Of a stretch of DNA of 64,000 nucleotides, positions 27,701 through 42,700 are shown in pieces (the stretch's first letter is position 1; every line of letters begins with the position of its first letter). The DNA is from Pavona decussata (Eukaryota): NCBI GenBank assembly GCA_977016875.1, contig CDRNST010000331.1, positions 1,364,001 to 1,428,000 of the forward strand, given 5' to 3'. The notes beneath the pieces are model-generated. The model was given only the letters and a program-made list of their open reading frames with translations. It searched no databases and was not told the DNA's origin. Position numbers and translations under genes: made by a program.

Positions 27701-30700
27701 CCCAGCCCTGTCCTGTGGGGACTATTGGTAATAGGACAGGTCTGGCTAATGAGACCGAATGCACACAGTGCCCAGGAGGCTTCTATTGCGAGACGTCTGG
27801 CCGAGCAACTGTGACTGGAAAGTGTAAAGGAGGTACGCATGAGAAATATATATATTTTTTTTTTAGAAAGTTCCCTTCTATCTATGTCCTCTTAAATTTA
27901 CCTAAAACGAGAAATGTTGAAGCTGTTAGATTTGGAATTACGTTTATTGCAAACGGCAGAAATACCCGGATGACCATGTTTATCCTTCATTTACCTCTCG
28001 CTGTCTTCAGTTTGTCAGTGAAATTAAGTAGTTTTGGGTTAGCATCAAAGGCCAAAATTATTTCACACTATTCTCATCTTCGAACTTTTTTATTTTCAAG
28101 AAAACATAAACGCGAATCTTTTTTTTATTTTATTTTTTTTTTATTCTGCGTTATGTTACAATGTTACAAGTACTAACACTAATTATATTACTGTAATGTA
28201 ACATTTTACAGTACTACGGACTTTTGTCTGCAATACCTTACCATATAAACGCGAATCTGCCGTTTTCCGTTTGCCGTAAACGCGATTCTAAACTCTCTCT
28301 TCTGTTTATTTGTATTCCGGAACACAGTCAATGGAACATGGTCGCAACGTGTACTCACTGTTGTTGTTGTTGTTTTTGTTGTTTAGGTTTCTTCTGTACG
28401 TCAGGTGTCAATGTCAGTGCTCCTGATCAACATTATACTGGAGTTGGAGGACAATGCCCTGTTGGACATGAGTGCCCAGAGGGAAGCAGTACATCCCATC
28501 CATGTGACCCTGGATATTATGCAGCTGTGCTAGGAATGGCCGCTTGTGACGTGTGTCCAGCAGGTGCGTGGTGTCACCATCACTCGTTGTTGTTGTTGTT
28601 GTGATTATCATCATTGTGCCATCATGAACACTATATTAATTTTTTCTCTATTATACATAATACATATACTGAAATTGTTACATCAGTTCAGCGACATGGT
28701 GATCACCAAAAGGGTTGTAATCACTTAAGATGATGTAACGCCTTTATATGTCATTAATTTCCAGGTAAATACTGTAATGGCACCACAGTTACCCCAGCAT
28801 CTTGTCCCAAGGGACATTTCTGTCCAAATGGCACAGAATTTGCAACCCAACATCCTTGCAGACCAGGCACGTACAACAATGTCACTGACCAGACATCAGA
28901 GTCGGCATGCAAACTGTGCAACCCAGGAAAGTACTGCCAAGGATTTGGGCGGGTCTGGCCTAATGGTCTTTGTGATGAGGGATTTTACTGTGCTGGAGGA
29001 TCGTGGTCTAAGCGTCCGGGAGATATTGGCGTTGCCAACTATAACAATGCAACAAGCCCTGCTGACAGCTGCTATGCTTCATTTGAATGTGTTTGTCCTG
29101 CATGGAACAAGACCACAGGTAGCATTTTTAATTTTTAACAAATGTATATAACCACCTTTGGAACAAATGCAGCGTTGGATGATGGATAATGGATAATGCC
29201 AACAAAGACCATGTTATGAAACTAAGGGCTTAAGTGCTGAACAAGGCTAGCAATAGTTATGTTGGTGACTGTTAGAGCAAGCCGTTTTAAGCTGTTAACT
29301 TTTATTGTCAGACCGAATCAATTTTGAAATACAAAATGTCCTCCCTCTCTGTGAACAATCCCGCCATGAAAATGTTCCCTCAAAAAAGGCATTTGAATAA
29401 AAGTAAGCGCAGTGCCTCTATTCTGAATTTAAGGGTATTTCATCATTTATTATCGTGTAGTGTTATCACTGCAAATGAACCCTTCAAAATTATCAAGCCC
29501 CTATATAGATGCTCACCTTTAATCTCGCAGTAGCTTAGAGCTTACAGCATTTGAATAGTGTACAGATGGTCGTGTGTTACAGTCAGTCTACGTCACGCGT
29601 GGCCAGTACTTCCGAGAATGAAATGAACATTCGAATTCCTCTTTGTAATGTCCGGCATTTGAATGGAATGTTGAACATTAACTTAAAAAAAAGAGAGAGA
29701 GATTCAAAATACTTGGGAAACAATTGTTATTCTTGAAATACTTAATGCTGTAATGTAAAGAAAAATTCATAGCTCTGTATCGTCAATAAACTAAGGAAAT
29801 TTCTACGGGAACTCTAAACTCTCGTTGGCGATGTTCAAAACTGACTTGTAAATTTCAAAACTTCATGCAAATTTCAAAAATACTGGTCACGCGTGATGTG
29901 GATTGACTGTAAACTCGCATTAGAAACTCACCTTGTTTCTTTGCAGTCTCTTGTAAGCGTTTTATTTTCAAGGTTTGACTTCAGGCAGTGAAAGGATTGA
30001 CCTTTCATCATGTTTTCGTTTTCTTTTAGGTGACATTTGTCCAGCTGGTCATTATTGTCCTCAAGGTTCATATCGTCCCCTTCCTTGTAAACTTGGTCAG
30101 TACTGTCCTCATGCAGCAATGGCCACACCTCAAGGAAATTGCACTGAGGGATTTTACTGTAACGACAGTTCTACTGTGCCCGACCAGTTTGACTGTCCAG
30201 TGGGTCACTACTGTCCATCCGGGACTGGCATCCCGATTGCATGTCCTGCAGGGAAGTTCTCCAACACTCCGAGGAACACGAGACTTGGAGATTGTAGGGA
30301 TTGCACCTCTGGTAGCTTTTGTGCTGGAACAGGAAATTATGCACCCACAGACAAATGCGCTGCACAGTATTACTGTCCTGGTGGTCAAAGCACAGCAACA
30401 CCAGGAGAGTATCTGTGCACACCAGGTCACTTCTGCATTGTGGGCACACCACAACCTTTCAGATGCGAAAATGGAACCTTCCAAAACGAGGCTGGCAAAA
30501 GCTTTTGCAAGACTTGCCCAGAAGGGTATTACTGTGATGCCACGAATGCAGCCGTGGTGAATGCCACATTGTGTCCAAATGGTCATTACTGTCCCTCTGG
30601 TACTGGCAACTATCGCGATTTCCCGTGTCCAGAACGTAAGTAACACTTATTTTTTTGTAAAGCCTTTTCAGCAGTTCATGTCCCACAGTTGCTACCCCTT

Positions 30701-33700
30701 GCAGTTTCTTGTTTTGGGATACTGCCTGAAGGCTTTTCTTCCAGCTGGGAGATCAGAATGTAAGACGTGTGTTAAAATGTGTTACAGTTCTTGGAAATCT
30801 TTCAGGAGTTTGAGTATGGACGCTACATCTATATAAAAACAATTAAAAGGCTGCAAAAAATGCAATGTAAAACTTAAATGGTAAGTTGTGACCGAAAAGA
30901 AGAGATGGTGATTGTATGTAAACTATCTGAGAGATTATTCAATGGCTTTCTCTTGAATTCCAGGTACTTATAATGACAGACTAGGCCTGATGGCCATTGG
31001 AAACTGCACCGATTGCCCAAGAGGAAAGTACTGTGGAAGACAAGGCTTAACAGTGCCTTCTGGTGACTGTCATGGCGGACACTACTGTACCGAGAGGTCC
31101 AAGTCACCAGCTCCAGAGAAAGACTTCTTTGCCAAAAACTTTGCAGACTATGTGAACTTTCCATTCCCTTACTTAAATGATGCCTGCCCTCCGGGACATT
31201 TCTGTCCCAACGGTACTGACCCAGAACCTTGCCCCTCTGGTACCTTCCACAATGAGGGGCGCATTTCTAACAAGTCCCAATGTGTGCCTTGTCCAAGAGG
31301 AAGATACTGCAATGGGTCTGGCACACTGAATGGCACTGCACCGCCTTGTGATGCTGGGTTCATATGTACAGGAGGTTCAAGTTCACCAACACCTACTCAT
31401 CCATCTATGGGATATATATGTCCAAAGGGCTTCTTCTGCCCCTCCGGTGAGTGTGAAAACAGGATTGACTCGTTTACTCCGGGATAAACACAGGATTGAC
31501 TTTTTTATGAAAACAGGATGGACTTGTTTACCCCAAAGAGAAATGCAAACTACTTGACAAGAGTTTAAGCTTCATTCTACTGTGTACAATAACTCTCACA
31601 CACTCTTTTGTTACTTGAGGTGTGCTTCTGGAGTGAATATGTCCAGGGTGTTGATTCCTTATGAAGTCAGCTCTTTAGCTTGATTAAAAGTGCCGCAAAG
31701 AATATAACCGAGTATTACACCAAACAGTGCCACAACAATTTCCCCAAGTCACTTAATCCTTTGCTGCTAAGTAAGAAGATAATGGAATATATGCGCTGCT
31801 TTTGGCAGACATCATTATGTGTCGAATGTTTGGTTTTATCAACTAATTTGATTACGTAATTTGGCCACCGTAGAGAGATTCAACTGCTGACGTTTTGAGC
31901 GTTAGCCCTTTGTTAGAGCGAATGAAACAAACGTTCGTTTCTACTCTCCCACTGACTCATCACCGCAGTTACTTTTAAATACTAACCCCTTATCTATTAA
32001 GTGCTAAGTGTCATCCAACTCCAATTTCGCTTAAACGCAATTTACGTATTCTGTCAAGCGTTATGTCATGTTAAAATGAAAAATAACTTTGTCTAATATG
32101 AAGTACCAAAATTGAGAATTGCATTCCTGGACAAGAATGCTAAACAGAATTGGCATCAGGTGATACGGGAATATTTTGATGAGTTGATTCATGACTTAAT
32201 CCTTTACAACCTAACGTCAGTATGCATATTCTCCATACCGTCCTCTATACATTTCCTATGGTGCTGACAAGGAGAATTTGTGTAACAATCAAGAGCTTCT
32301 TTAGTTGATGATCATTTCCGTTATTCTCATGACATTAATGTTTGATTCAGTGGTGATACTGTAAGGAGAAATTAGATGCTAGTCACTCTTAGGAGTTAGA
32401 GGGTTAAGACAGCACTAATCAATCTCTTATTGAAATTAGGAAACTACACCGCCCTTAGCTGTCCGCCTGGAACTTATCAACCCAATATTGGACAAGGAAG
32501 CTGTATCTCATGCGGAGCAGGGAATATGTGTCCATATCACAACATGTCATCAGTCGAACCCTGTCAAGCTGGTTACTACTGTCCAGATGGAACACTCAAG
32601 CCATGTCCAGCTGGAACCTATGGCAATCGCAGTGGACTGTCCACCATTGATATGTGCACTGACTGTCCATCGGGATCTTACTGCGAGGTAAAGATGTTTA
32701 GTGCATTTACTTGTAAGTTGATAGAACAGTTCAGCTGTGGTGATGTAAGTTGCTGTCGCAAAGTGAAATGAATGCTGACCTTTATCGTACACTTGTGACA
32801 ATAATATATCATAATCTTCTTTATTAGTTATTGTAACTTATTTCCTTAGTTCTTTTTATTTAAATCTCTACATTTTTTTGGTTCCTCACCTGTCATTAAT
32901 TTCTGAACATCACTGCGCAATATGGAGGCCAACTAGAAAATCTGATGGTTAACTTGGCCTCCATGCTCAATCGCTACTTCAACTTTTCAAAATAAATTAA
33001 ACAAATTTTTACCACAAAAGAATGTAATCAAAACACACTAATCAATCATGAGGAAAAGAAAGGTTGTAGGTTGTTGTTGAATGCTAATTTCCAGAATTTC
33101 AATCCATTCACAGGCACCTGCGCAAACTACTCCCAAAGGCCCATGCACAGCTGGTTGGTTCTGTGAAGGGAAAGCTAGTACTTCAACACCCTCCTCAATA
33201 CCCGAGTTCCCCAGGAATGGTCCATGTCCCACAGGCTTCTACTGTTTACAAGGAACTAAAGCACCAGCTGGCTGTCCCCCTGGGACCTTCCGCAACACCA
33301 CTGGAGCGCGCTCTGCAGATGAATGTCTTGATTGCACCCCTGGTTTCTACTGCAAAGGCTACAATAACTCGTTCGTTACTGGGCCCTGTGCTGCTGGGTA
33401 CTATTGCCCCCAGGGATCGAGAGCCAATGTGTCCAGGCCCTATGGTTATTTGTGCCCAAAAGCACATAAATGTCCTGAGGGAACTGCAAATCCGCAGGAG
33501 TGTGAACCAGGTTTGTAGACATATAGGCACAATAGGTCATTTCCGAGTTGCTTTGAACCTCATTTTGAAAGCAAGGCTAAGTGCAAAGTTTTTATTATGA
33601 AAATTAGCTTTAATTTATATGCAAGCAAAACTAATTTTCGTACGAAAAGCTTCACAACAACTCAGAAATGGCCATTTAGAGGGTTGTGTCATGGGAATTT

Positions 33701-36700
33701 TGTACGTTTTTGCGTCAAAACGGAGGTAAAACCAAGTATCTTTCCTTGTTCGTAGATCACCAAGAGGGTGATTTCAACTTATGTTCTAAACCAGAGAATA
33801 AATCATCATTAGTTTTTAGCGATCTTTTTTCTAAGACATAGCTGCAGAAGTTGAGGGCCTTCGTTTTCAAGTCTATTTCCGTCCTGGCTATTCCCAGTCA
33901 AAGCGTTTTTTTGTTTTAATTTTTTTAGAAATAAAAACAAAGCAAAAAATACACAAAAATCCTTTACCAAGTCAGAACATCAAAATACAGTATAACTTTT
34001 TGCAAGCATTTAGTGATGTTACTACTAATAATGAAAGATAAGGGAGTCTGTTCGATGACCTCAATCCCAGGCTCTCTCTCCTTTGTGATATCATCAGCCC
34101 CTGCAAAAAAAATCTTCGGGGGCTGTCAGATACGCGTCTCAAGATCCATCCATTCATTCGGGTAATCGACATTGTCCCATACAATCTCGACTCCAGTCCA
34201 TATTAGGAGGCATTCGACGTAGATCTTTTTATTTATTTATTTATTTATTTATTTATTTGTTTGTTTGTTTGTTTGTTTGTTTCGCAGGTTATAACCAGAT
34301 TAATACAGGGCAACCAGATTGTGATCCCTGTCCGGCTGGTTTCTACTGCCCCAGTAAGACCTCCACACCTTTGAAATGCCCACCCAAACACTACTGCCCG
34401 GAAGCCACCACTGTGCCGCTTACATGTCCCAATGGCACCTTTACGCATGACAACATGTCAGGCTTGGCAAGTGCAGATGAGTGTCTGCCTTGCATCACAG
34501 GATCTTACTGCCGCTTGGGGGAGGTGGTGGGGCCGTGTGACGGTGGATACTACTGTAAGAGCCGAAGTCCTGATCCTAACCCCACTGGTGTGTGGAAGGC
34601 TATGGATTCCTCGGTAGTTATCACCCCATGCCCGAATAACATCACAAGCAATTACTCTGGCAGTAACAATTGCTCCAGCTGTCGCACTGGGAAGTTCTGC
34701 TTGCATCGTAAGTGTTTTAATTTTACAAACCTACATCTTAGCAGTTTCAAAGTTAACTGCAGCGCTGTCATTTGTAGTCAGCAAGCGGTTATTATGGCTG
34801 GCAACAATATTGTAGACAGCCGGCTCCTCAGAGTTTGAAAATGACGTAAAGGCAACAAGAATGCAGTACGTAACTTTATTGTTTGGTACCAAGAGTGCCG
34901 GTTTGAAAGATGAATATGTGCTCTAAATTTTCGTGTTGCGTTGATGAAGGGAAAAGCCGAAGACCTCGTAGTGTTTGTGAGAATGATTTGGAAGACTAAA
35001 GTAGTGAGCGACTGGTTTGGATGAGACTTTGTCATTTCTTTCAACGTCTTGTAGACGTTCGCGGAGACAGTCGCCGGCTCTCTTTCTGTTTCGTCATGTC
35101 AGATAGTTGTGTTGCGACTCTGTCGCTTGTCATACATGTTCCACGTCTTTAACCCTTTAACCCCTAATGTCAAAGAACAAATTCTCCTATCTTATCCCCG
35201 TATTTTTCTTATAAAAATATTGGGAGAAATATCAAGAAAATTCACCTTGGGTGAAGTCGACTTGTGAGAAGAATGTTTTACTTAATATATCAAACACGAG
35301 AAAGCGTGTTTCATCAGATATCCAAACATTGAGAACCACGGTCACAGAAGTGATTTTCTTTGTTTTCTTTTAATGAATTATTGAAGAGTTTGAGAAAATA
35401 ATGTTCGTTGTTCTGTTTCGACAGATTATTGGTATCCTGTGGAGGCCGGACCGTGTCAAGAGGGGTATTATTGTCCCAATGGTACCCTGTTGCCCATCCC
35501 GTGTCCAGATAACACGATGAAGAATTACACCGGCGGTTATGGGCAAGTCAGTGACTGTACCCCTTGTCTGGCTGGACGATACTGCTTAAATGGTAACACC
35601 TAATACCAAAGAACAAATTCTCCTATCTTGTCCCCATACTTACCTTATAAAAGTACTGGGGAGAAGTTAGTAAAATATCAAGAAAATGCACCTTGAGTGA
35701 TCACATCCTTAATTCTCATGACCTTAGGGGTTGGATAAGCATTGATATGAGAAGGAGAAGTTTGATGCTGATCACTGTTAGGGTATAAATAATGTTAAGT
35801 AATGTTAAGTAATGTTTAAAGCAGTGTCTAATCGGGATTTAAAACCACAAGGTGCAGCCGAGTGGTTTTAGACCCGATAAAACACGTGCTGCGAGTTTTT
35901 TGAACGGCTTCAAAAACATTCCTGAAAAAGCGTGTGTCAAGAGAGTTCATAACAATGATGCTTTTGTGAATGTTGGAAATTAGCATGAGAGGAAAACATT
36001 TAACACCGCATACTAACAAGGAGGAGGTTTTATCGGGTTTTAAAACCACTGCACGTGTTGTTTTATCGACCGTTTGGTAGGTCAATGGGCTTATGAATTA
36101 TTAATGAGTTTTTGAAAAATCTTTAATATAGCTGTGGGAAGATATTGAATGGGGATTTAAGTCAAGGAAACATACCAAAAAAAACTCTGAATGCGAGAAA
36201 AGGATGCAAGAGAAATACCGCGTTAAGACCAATATCTTTCACATATACCACACATGGACATTCAAATCTAAGCAGTATGCAAAATATTTGTTACTTGAAC
36301 CTAGTTTAGTGGCTTTGCTCCCAAAAGTCTCCCGTAGCTTAGTGGTAGTGTAATCGAACTGTTTATGCGAAGGTCAATGACACAGGTTTGACTCCTGTTG
36401 GCAGAACTCCGATTTCTCATGTCCTGTTTCCGAGTACACCTGTACTCCTGTGTCGCTGGCTGACAAAATCCCCCTATCGTGTTTTCTTTAGGAACAGCGT
36501 ATGGTGTATCTTGCCCGCCTGGAAAGTATTGCCTGCAGGGACAGCCGCCAATCGACTGCCCTGAGCACAGGTATCGCGACATTCCTGGTGGCGCTGACTT
36601 GGATGACTGCTTTCCATGCCCCGCTGGTTATTGGTGCAATCTCACTGGCATGGTTAACTACAACAACAGCAAGTGTCCAATTGGATACTTCTGCCCAAGC

Positions 36701-39700
36701 CAGCTTGGTCCTTCACTCTGTGGAGCTAGACGCCGTCGTGAAACACCGGGCGCAGGAAGCAGAGAAGACTGTGGTTTATGTCCGGGTGGTTATTACTGTC
36801 CTAATGATACTATTAATGTTCAGGGTGTACCTTGTAAGGCGGGGACGTATTGTCCCACTGGTTCGTCTTTGGAGCTCCTTTGTCCCGGGGGAGCTTACTG
36901 CCCTGGGAACACAAGTGTACCTATCTCATGTCCAGGTGTGTAGTTTGGAGAACTTCATTGCATAGCTGATGCTAGTAGTATATTGTCACGCATGTTAGCA
37001 ACATAAGCTTTAGTAGTGTGAATTTTCATTTGAAGATTCGCACTATAGCCTTAAGCCCTGTTCAAACGGCGCATGATAGTCAATGATAGTTGATGATAGT
37101 CGATGATAGTTAAAGCGCGCACGCTCGTTTGACCACCAACTATCATGCGCTATCATCGACTATCATCAACCATCATTCACTTTGAGCGTGTTCAAATTCT
37201 TCATGATAGTGATGATAGTGTTTCCCTTTTGACCAAGCGCATGATAGTTGGTGATAGTTCTTCGGTCAGCTGTTTTCTCCACCAGCGCTCTCAAGATTAA
37301 TTTTCAGTTACTTATTCTAACAACTGAAGGAAAACGAAGCAGGCAGCTGCTTTCTTTCTCCACGAAAAATTCATCCCTGCGAAGTTTTGTTTGCGATGTT
37401 GACACCCGGCAGGTGCCCGACACTAGAGGCTCACGGTAAACTATCGTCAGCTATCACGAGTTTCTTTGAGCCGTTTGCCCACCCGCTTGATAGTTGATAG
37501 TAGTGGATGATAGTTTTGACTATCATCAACTATTATCGACTGTCATGCGTCATTTGACCAGGGCTTTAAACGTCATTCCACACATTTTACCACAATACCT
37601 CTCAAACTTAACACAACCAACAGACACATAGAAAGGCATATTTTTCGCAAAAAATGTACCTATACTAACAACGTTGTGTATGCTAGGTTTGAAGTTTATA
37701 GAACGTTTCTAAGCGTTTTTTTTTTCTCAAGCGCCTTTAGCGCCTTTCTCTTTCTCTTTAGTGCCTTTAGGGTCTGCGTACGCTAAGAATTGTGGTTAAA
37801 TGTACCAGTCACCATCTTTTCTGGTATGGTGGACTGGGACCAACTTCCACTGGATTATAAAGAGCACCTCAAGATAGCGCTGCCCGGTAGCTTTCGTTAC
37901 TGTACGCAAAGTTAGAACCAACTTGTACAGTACAATAAACAGCACCACAAGAAAGTACTGTTCAGTAGTTTTCATTTGAATGGTCACACTTCAGGATTTC
38001 ATCCAGACTCAAAAGTGAGAGTCACCTTGTATAGCATAATAAACAGTACCACAGGAAAGTACTGCTCAGTAACTTTCATTTGAATGGTCACACTTTAGGT
38101 TTTCATCCACAGACTCAAAAGTTAGAATAATCTTGTACAGCATAATAAACAGTACCACAGGAAAGTACTGCTCAGTAGCTTTCGTTTGACTGGTTACACT
38201 TTAGGGCTTCATTCCCATTTCATCCACACTTAGTTTGGACTCACCTTGTGCAACAAGGCGTCGCATTTAAGTCGATGAACTGTGATCCCTCGTCAGTGGC
38301 ACTCCCTCAACCTTGATGGCTTGCACGTTTTTCCCTTTTATGTAGATACAGATTTACTGTAATGTTTGTTCGATTTTATTTCTTTTCGCACAGGTGGTTC
38401 TTACTGCCCTAATGGATCAGAGTTCCACATCATCTGTAGTTATCCAAATTATTGTCCTCCAAATAGCGTTCAAGAGCTCCCTTGTGAGCTCGGCTATCGG
38501 GCCCTCAACACCTCTGGTCTCCGCGACTCCCACAAAGATCATTGTGAAATATGTGAACCAGGGAAGTACGGCAATGATCCACAACGCCGCTTCTGTGCCC
38601 AGTGTCCTGCGGGTTACTTCTGCCCAATTGGAAGCAAGAGTCCCACAACAAATCCATGTCCTGAAGGCTCATACTGTCCAGCGGGTGTTGGGGCACCACA
38701 GTCGTGTCCACCCGGTACTTACGGTAACCGTTCCCGCGCAACCGCGGAATCGGATTGCTACGCATGCCCGCGAAACACGTTCAATAATTTAGAGAATCAG
38801 AGAGCTTGTCTCCCTTGTGGTAGTTCTTCCTTATCCGAGGAGGGCCAGACATTATGTACCTGTCTTGGCAAGTCCAGGTCATTCCAGGTGTCAGACGGCT
38901 CCTGTATTTGTTTGTTGCGGTACTTGTTTGATGATCCTTCGTCCAAAGAAAGAGAAGAGGGTAACAGTGCCTTGGACTGCCGGCCTATGGTTTGTGAATT
39001 TTTTTTTTCATTTACCCCAATGTCTTTTATTTTCCCGCGGTAGGATTCACAAATGCTATAGAGTGTGTGCACGACGGCCATGTTGGAGGACCGAAACAAT
39101 ACAATGATTTTCCTTTGGGAAATATATTCTATTTTTATGCAAATATCTTCTATTGATTTAGTCCTCCAACATGGCCGCCGTGCACACACTCTATACAACA
39201 TTGGCATCTGCAATTTTTACTGGTAAAACTTCGTAGATGACTGACCTAAATTAAGTGACAAAAAGTGCAAAGCTTGCTGTCAATACAGAGTTTAAGAATG
39301 GCGTTCAAAGACAAACGGCAATAGTGAGGTTCGCGTTTATGTTTTCTTGAAAAAAATGAGTACATAGATGAGTATAGTGCAAACCAATTCTGGCCTTTGA
39401 TGTCAATGCAAAACTACTTGATTTTACTGAGAAACTGAAAACAGCGAGCAGCAAATGAAGGGTAAACATGGTCACGTGATCATTTCTTCAGTTTAATCGT
39501 AAACGGTATTTTAAATCTCTTTAACAGCACATGTAATAAAAGGCAAACCTATGTTGGGAGTATTGAATTTGAAGATGAAGAATTACTTCTTCATCTACAA
39601 TGGAGGACAGATGTCCTTGGGACAGTTGCTGGATTCCTTTCAAATTTGCGTGTTTTACTCTCCCCGTCATTATTATGACCCTTTACCTACAGCTCCACCT

Positions 39701-42700
39701 CCCCCCCTTCCCCCAGGCAATGTTGAAAAGATCTTAGCGAATATCGACATTTATTTTGCTTGTGTAACGTCTGTTCAACCCACCCAGTTCAACATTGTTT
39801 GGGGGGGGAGGGGGAAATTACTGCGAAGTTTGCTGCTATTGCGTTTACTGTCCCAGCACTTTTAGCCCGCATTGTAGTTTTTTTCACCTTTAAGGAAAAA
39901 ATGTTGGAGTTTTTATTTGTAAAACCATGAATTGACCAAGCCACACTTACGCAGCACCATATTTTCTCTTTATTAATGACAGCCGAGGTGGCCTCTCTTA
40001 TAAGCCTGGTGGTTTCTTGAGGTCTCCTCGTCATTACCTTGACTTGTAATTTGAATGTTTTCTTCTTGACTAAGGCAATTAAATGACGATGATGATGATG
40101 GTAATGATGAGTCCAGAAGTTAGAGTCACCCGAAGATAAAAAGCATTTATACGATCTTGTTGTGAATTAGTCTCGCAACTGTAAGAGGCGTGAAAACAGC
40201 TATCGCTCTCAAAGGGTTAATTGTGACCAGCAAATAATTTCTCCTTCAGTACAATAGAGCGGTTTTCAATTGAGTGTGGTTTTGCATTACTACGCTCTGT
40301 GATTGGTTAACAAAACTCCCGCCACTTTCTCAACCAATGGGAATCTAAGCCAAAACCAATCGTGTTTTTAGGCCGCACGCTTTTTCCCGCGCTTGGCGCC
40401 AGTTACATGTATTTGCTTCGAATTCTGATTGGCTCGTTGTGTTGTTTACATCTGTTGCGATTGGCCAGAGTAATTATTTTGGTTGGGTTAGGGCTTACGA
40501 CATTCAATTAGAAACCGTTCTATAACGACTCAATCAAACCATCCAAGTCGTGAAAATGAAGGAAATGATTTCCAAACACTAATTCTCCCTAGTAGTTCCA
40601 TAAGAATTTATGGTAAAAAGGAGGAGAACTTGTGTGTTGATACTGAGAGTCGTCGCTTTGTTTCAGGATGCTGATAGATGTCCCAGTGGCGAAGTGTACC
40701 GTTTCTCTGACTGGAAATGCGTAAACCCAGAAACTGAGAATGAGGTTTGCAATAAACGCTGCAAAGACGAAGGGGAAAGGGAAGGAACATTCAACACTAA
40801 CTTTGGAGTCTGTATTTGTACTCATGCTAATGAGTGTGATGATGAATGCGAGAAAAACAGACCTAAATGCTCCTTGAAGCTGAATGCGGACGGGCAGTTA
40901 TCCTTGAAATACGCCGCCGTCGATGGAAGTTCTTCCACGTTTAACACTCCGTCATCATTAGGAATCAGTAATCACGATATTGACGAACACCCTTGCCAGT
41001 TTATCTTTTTCGACTCAGACCGCAAGTTGTCGGCGTTTATTCCTAAGTCTCTTGAGGATGTGGAGAATGAAAACCAAGGGCAAACTCCCGCTAGAAGAAG
41101 ACGACGTGCAGTGGGTGATAACACAACGAGCGCTACTCCTAATTCTGGCTTAACGATACCAAACCCGATTATTTGCTTGACGTATGGAGACTCGTTGTTG
41201 TTTAAGGTTGAGATCAACGAAGTAAACCGCAGTCTTAGCCACTACCCCCGCTACCGCAAGAATCATTTATCAAACACGAATGACAAGTTTGATTATGGTA
41301 ACTTCAGGCAGCTTCACTCGCTGGTGCAAGAATCCAACAACAGTCTGTCATACTTCGTTCACGTTTTCAATCAAAATGGAACTTTTGTGTTTTACGACAA
41401 TGCGGAGCCTACCCGAGAGATGTATGTCACGGTGAAAGAGCAGGGGTCTAGTTGCGCTGGTTTCACTGTTTCACCCATTACAAAGAGCGCTTTGAACAAG
41501 GTTGGCGTCGGCACCACCCAGGTAAAAGCTTACGTTCCATTAGACTTAGTTACAACAAAAACAACAACCTTATTTTCACATTTCCTTTTAAGATAGTATT
41601 AATACATATATGAATATTTAGTTAATTTAAAGTTTTAAAAACATTAATGTGGATAACAAAACATAAATATCTAATGTGGAAACGCCTAGCGCCTAAGTAA
41701 ACCATATAGTTTTCTAGGTTAGACACTAGTCTTGTAAATAAGCATTTTTAATGTAAACATCTTATATACATATTCAACACACACACTCACAGACGACACA
41801 TGCACTGCTCATACACTGACTGTTATAATAAATAAATTAGAGGAATTTGACTAGCTAGGTCATTATTTTTGCTTTGATAGTAGGTACTGTTTAGCTTTTG
41901 TAGGGAAATTTGAAATACTGAGATCTTTGTTCCTTATCATCGTCGTCGTCATGATCGTTATCATCATTATTATTATAAAAGCAGGAAGCTCACATCACCT
42001 AGGTGCTCTTCATTGGGGCCCTGCTAGTAAAAATAAAATAGCACTGTCGAAATAACATAAATATTACATTGGTTTAAAGAAAACGACAAAACTTTTAAGT
42101 TTGCAAAACATGTTTCGACATAGACTTCTGTCATCATCAGTGACTTAATGTACAAAGCGTTTGAAGTTGAATTTATAATAAGTAGACAAAAATGCTAATT
42201 ATGATAAACGGTGACAACAAAATGAACATGAAACGTGACAATGTGAGAATTATTATATATTGAATAATATAATTATATTATATTGAAATATTACATTGTA
42301 AAAACGGTAGGGAAAGTAATAGAATATTCAAAAATATTACATTACAGAATTATGAAAATTGATAAGAACCATACTATCTTAAGTGTAAGCGCCGTTATGA
42401 TTACGTTTGATATGATAATCTTTATGATATGATATGATAATCTTTATTTATCCACGGTACAAAATTCGTCAGCTTTAAAAATGCTAATGCTAATATGATA
42501 AAAATATTTAAATAAAAAGAAAAAGCTGCTTTCCACGAATGCCGTGCCTTACAGTTCTTTGAGTAATCGTTTAAATTGCCCAAGGGACTCTGCTTCTCTT
42601 AAGTTACAAGGAAGACTGTTCCAGAGAATGGCGCCACTATAGCTGAAGCTGTTTTTGTAATAGTTTGTGAAGCGTTCCCACTGAGATATAAGCGACATAA

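Noticed and set aside
30068-30646. Long - strand and alternate-frame ORFs over exons (also 54140-54691, 23772-24386)
   Set aside because: Shadow ORFs of the repetitive coding strand with no independent protein signal
38265-38300. Further hammerhead candidates (- strand CTGACGA here; also ~46706 + and ~46765 -)
   Set aside because: No GAAA at the right position and no convincing stems
590-38989. Naming the gene SCUBE, SVEP1, MEGF, an Eph receptor or PCSK5
   Set aside because: Only the Cys-repeat type is shared; no CUB, sushi, kinase or subtilisin domain is visible in the window
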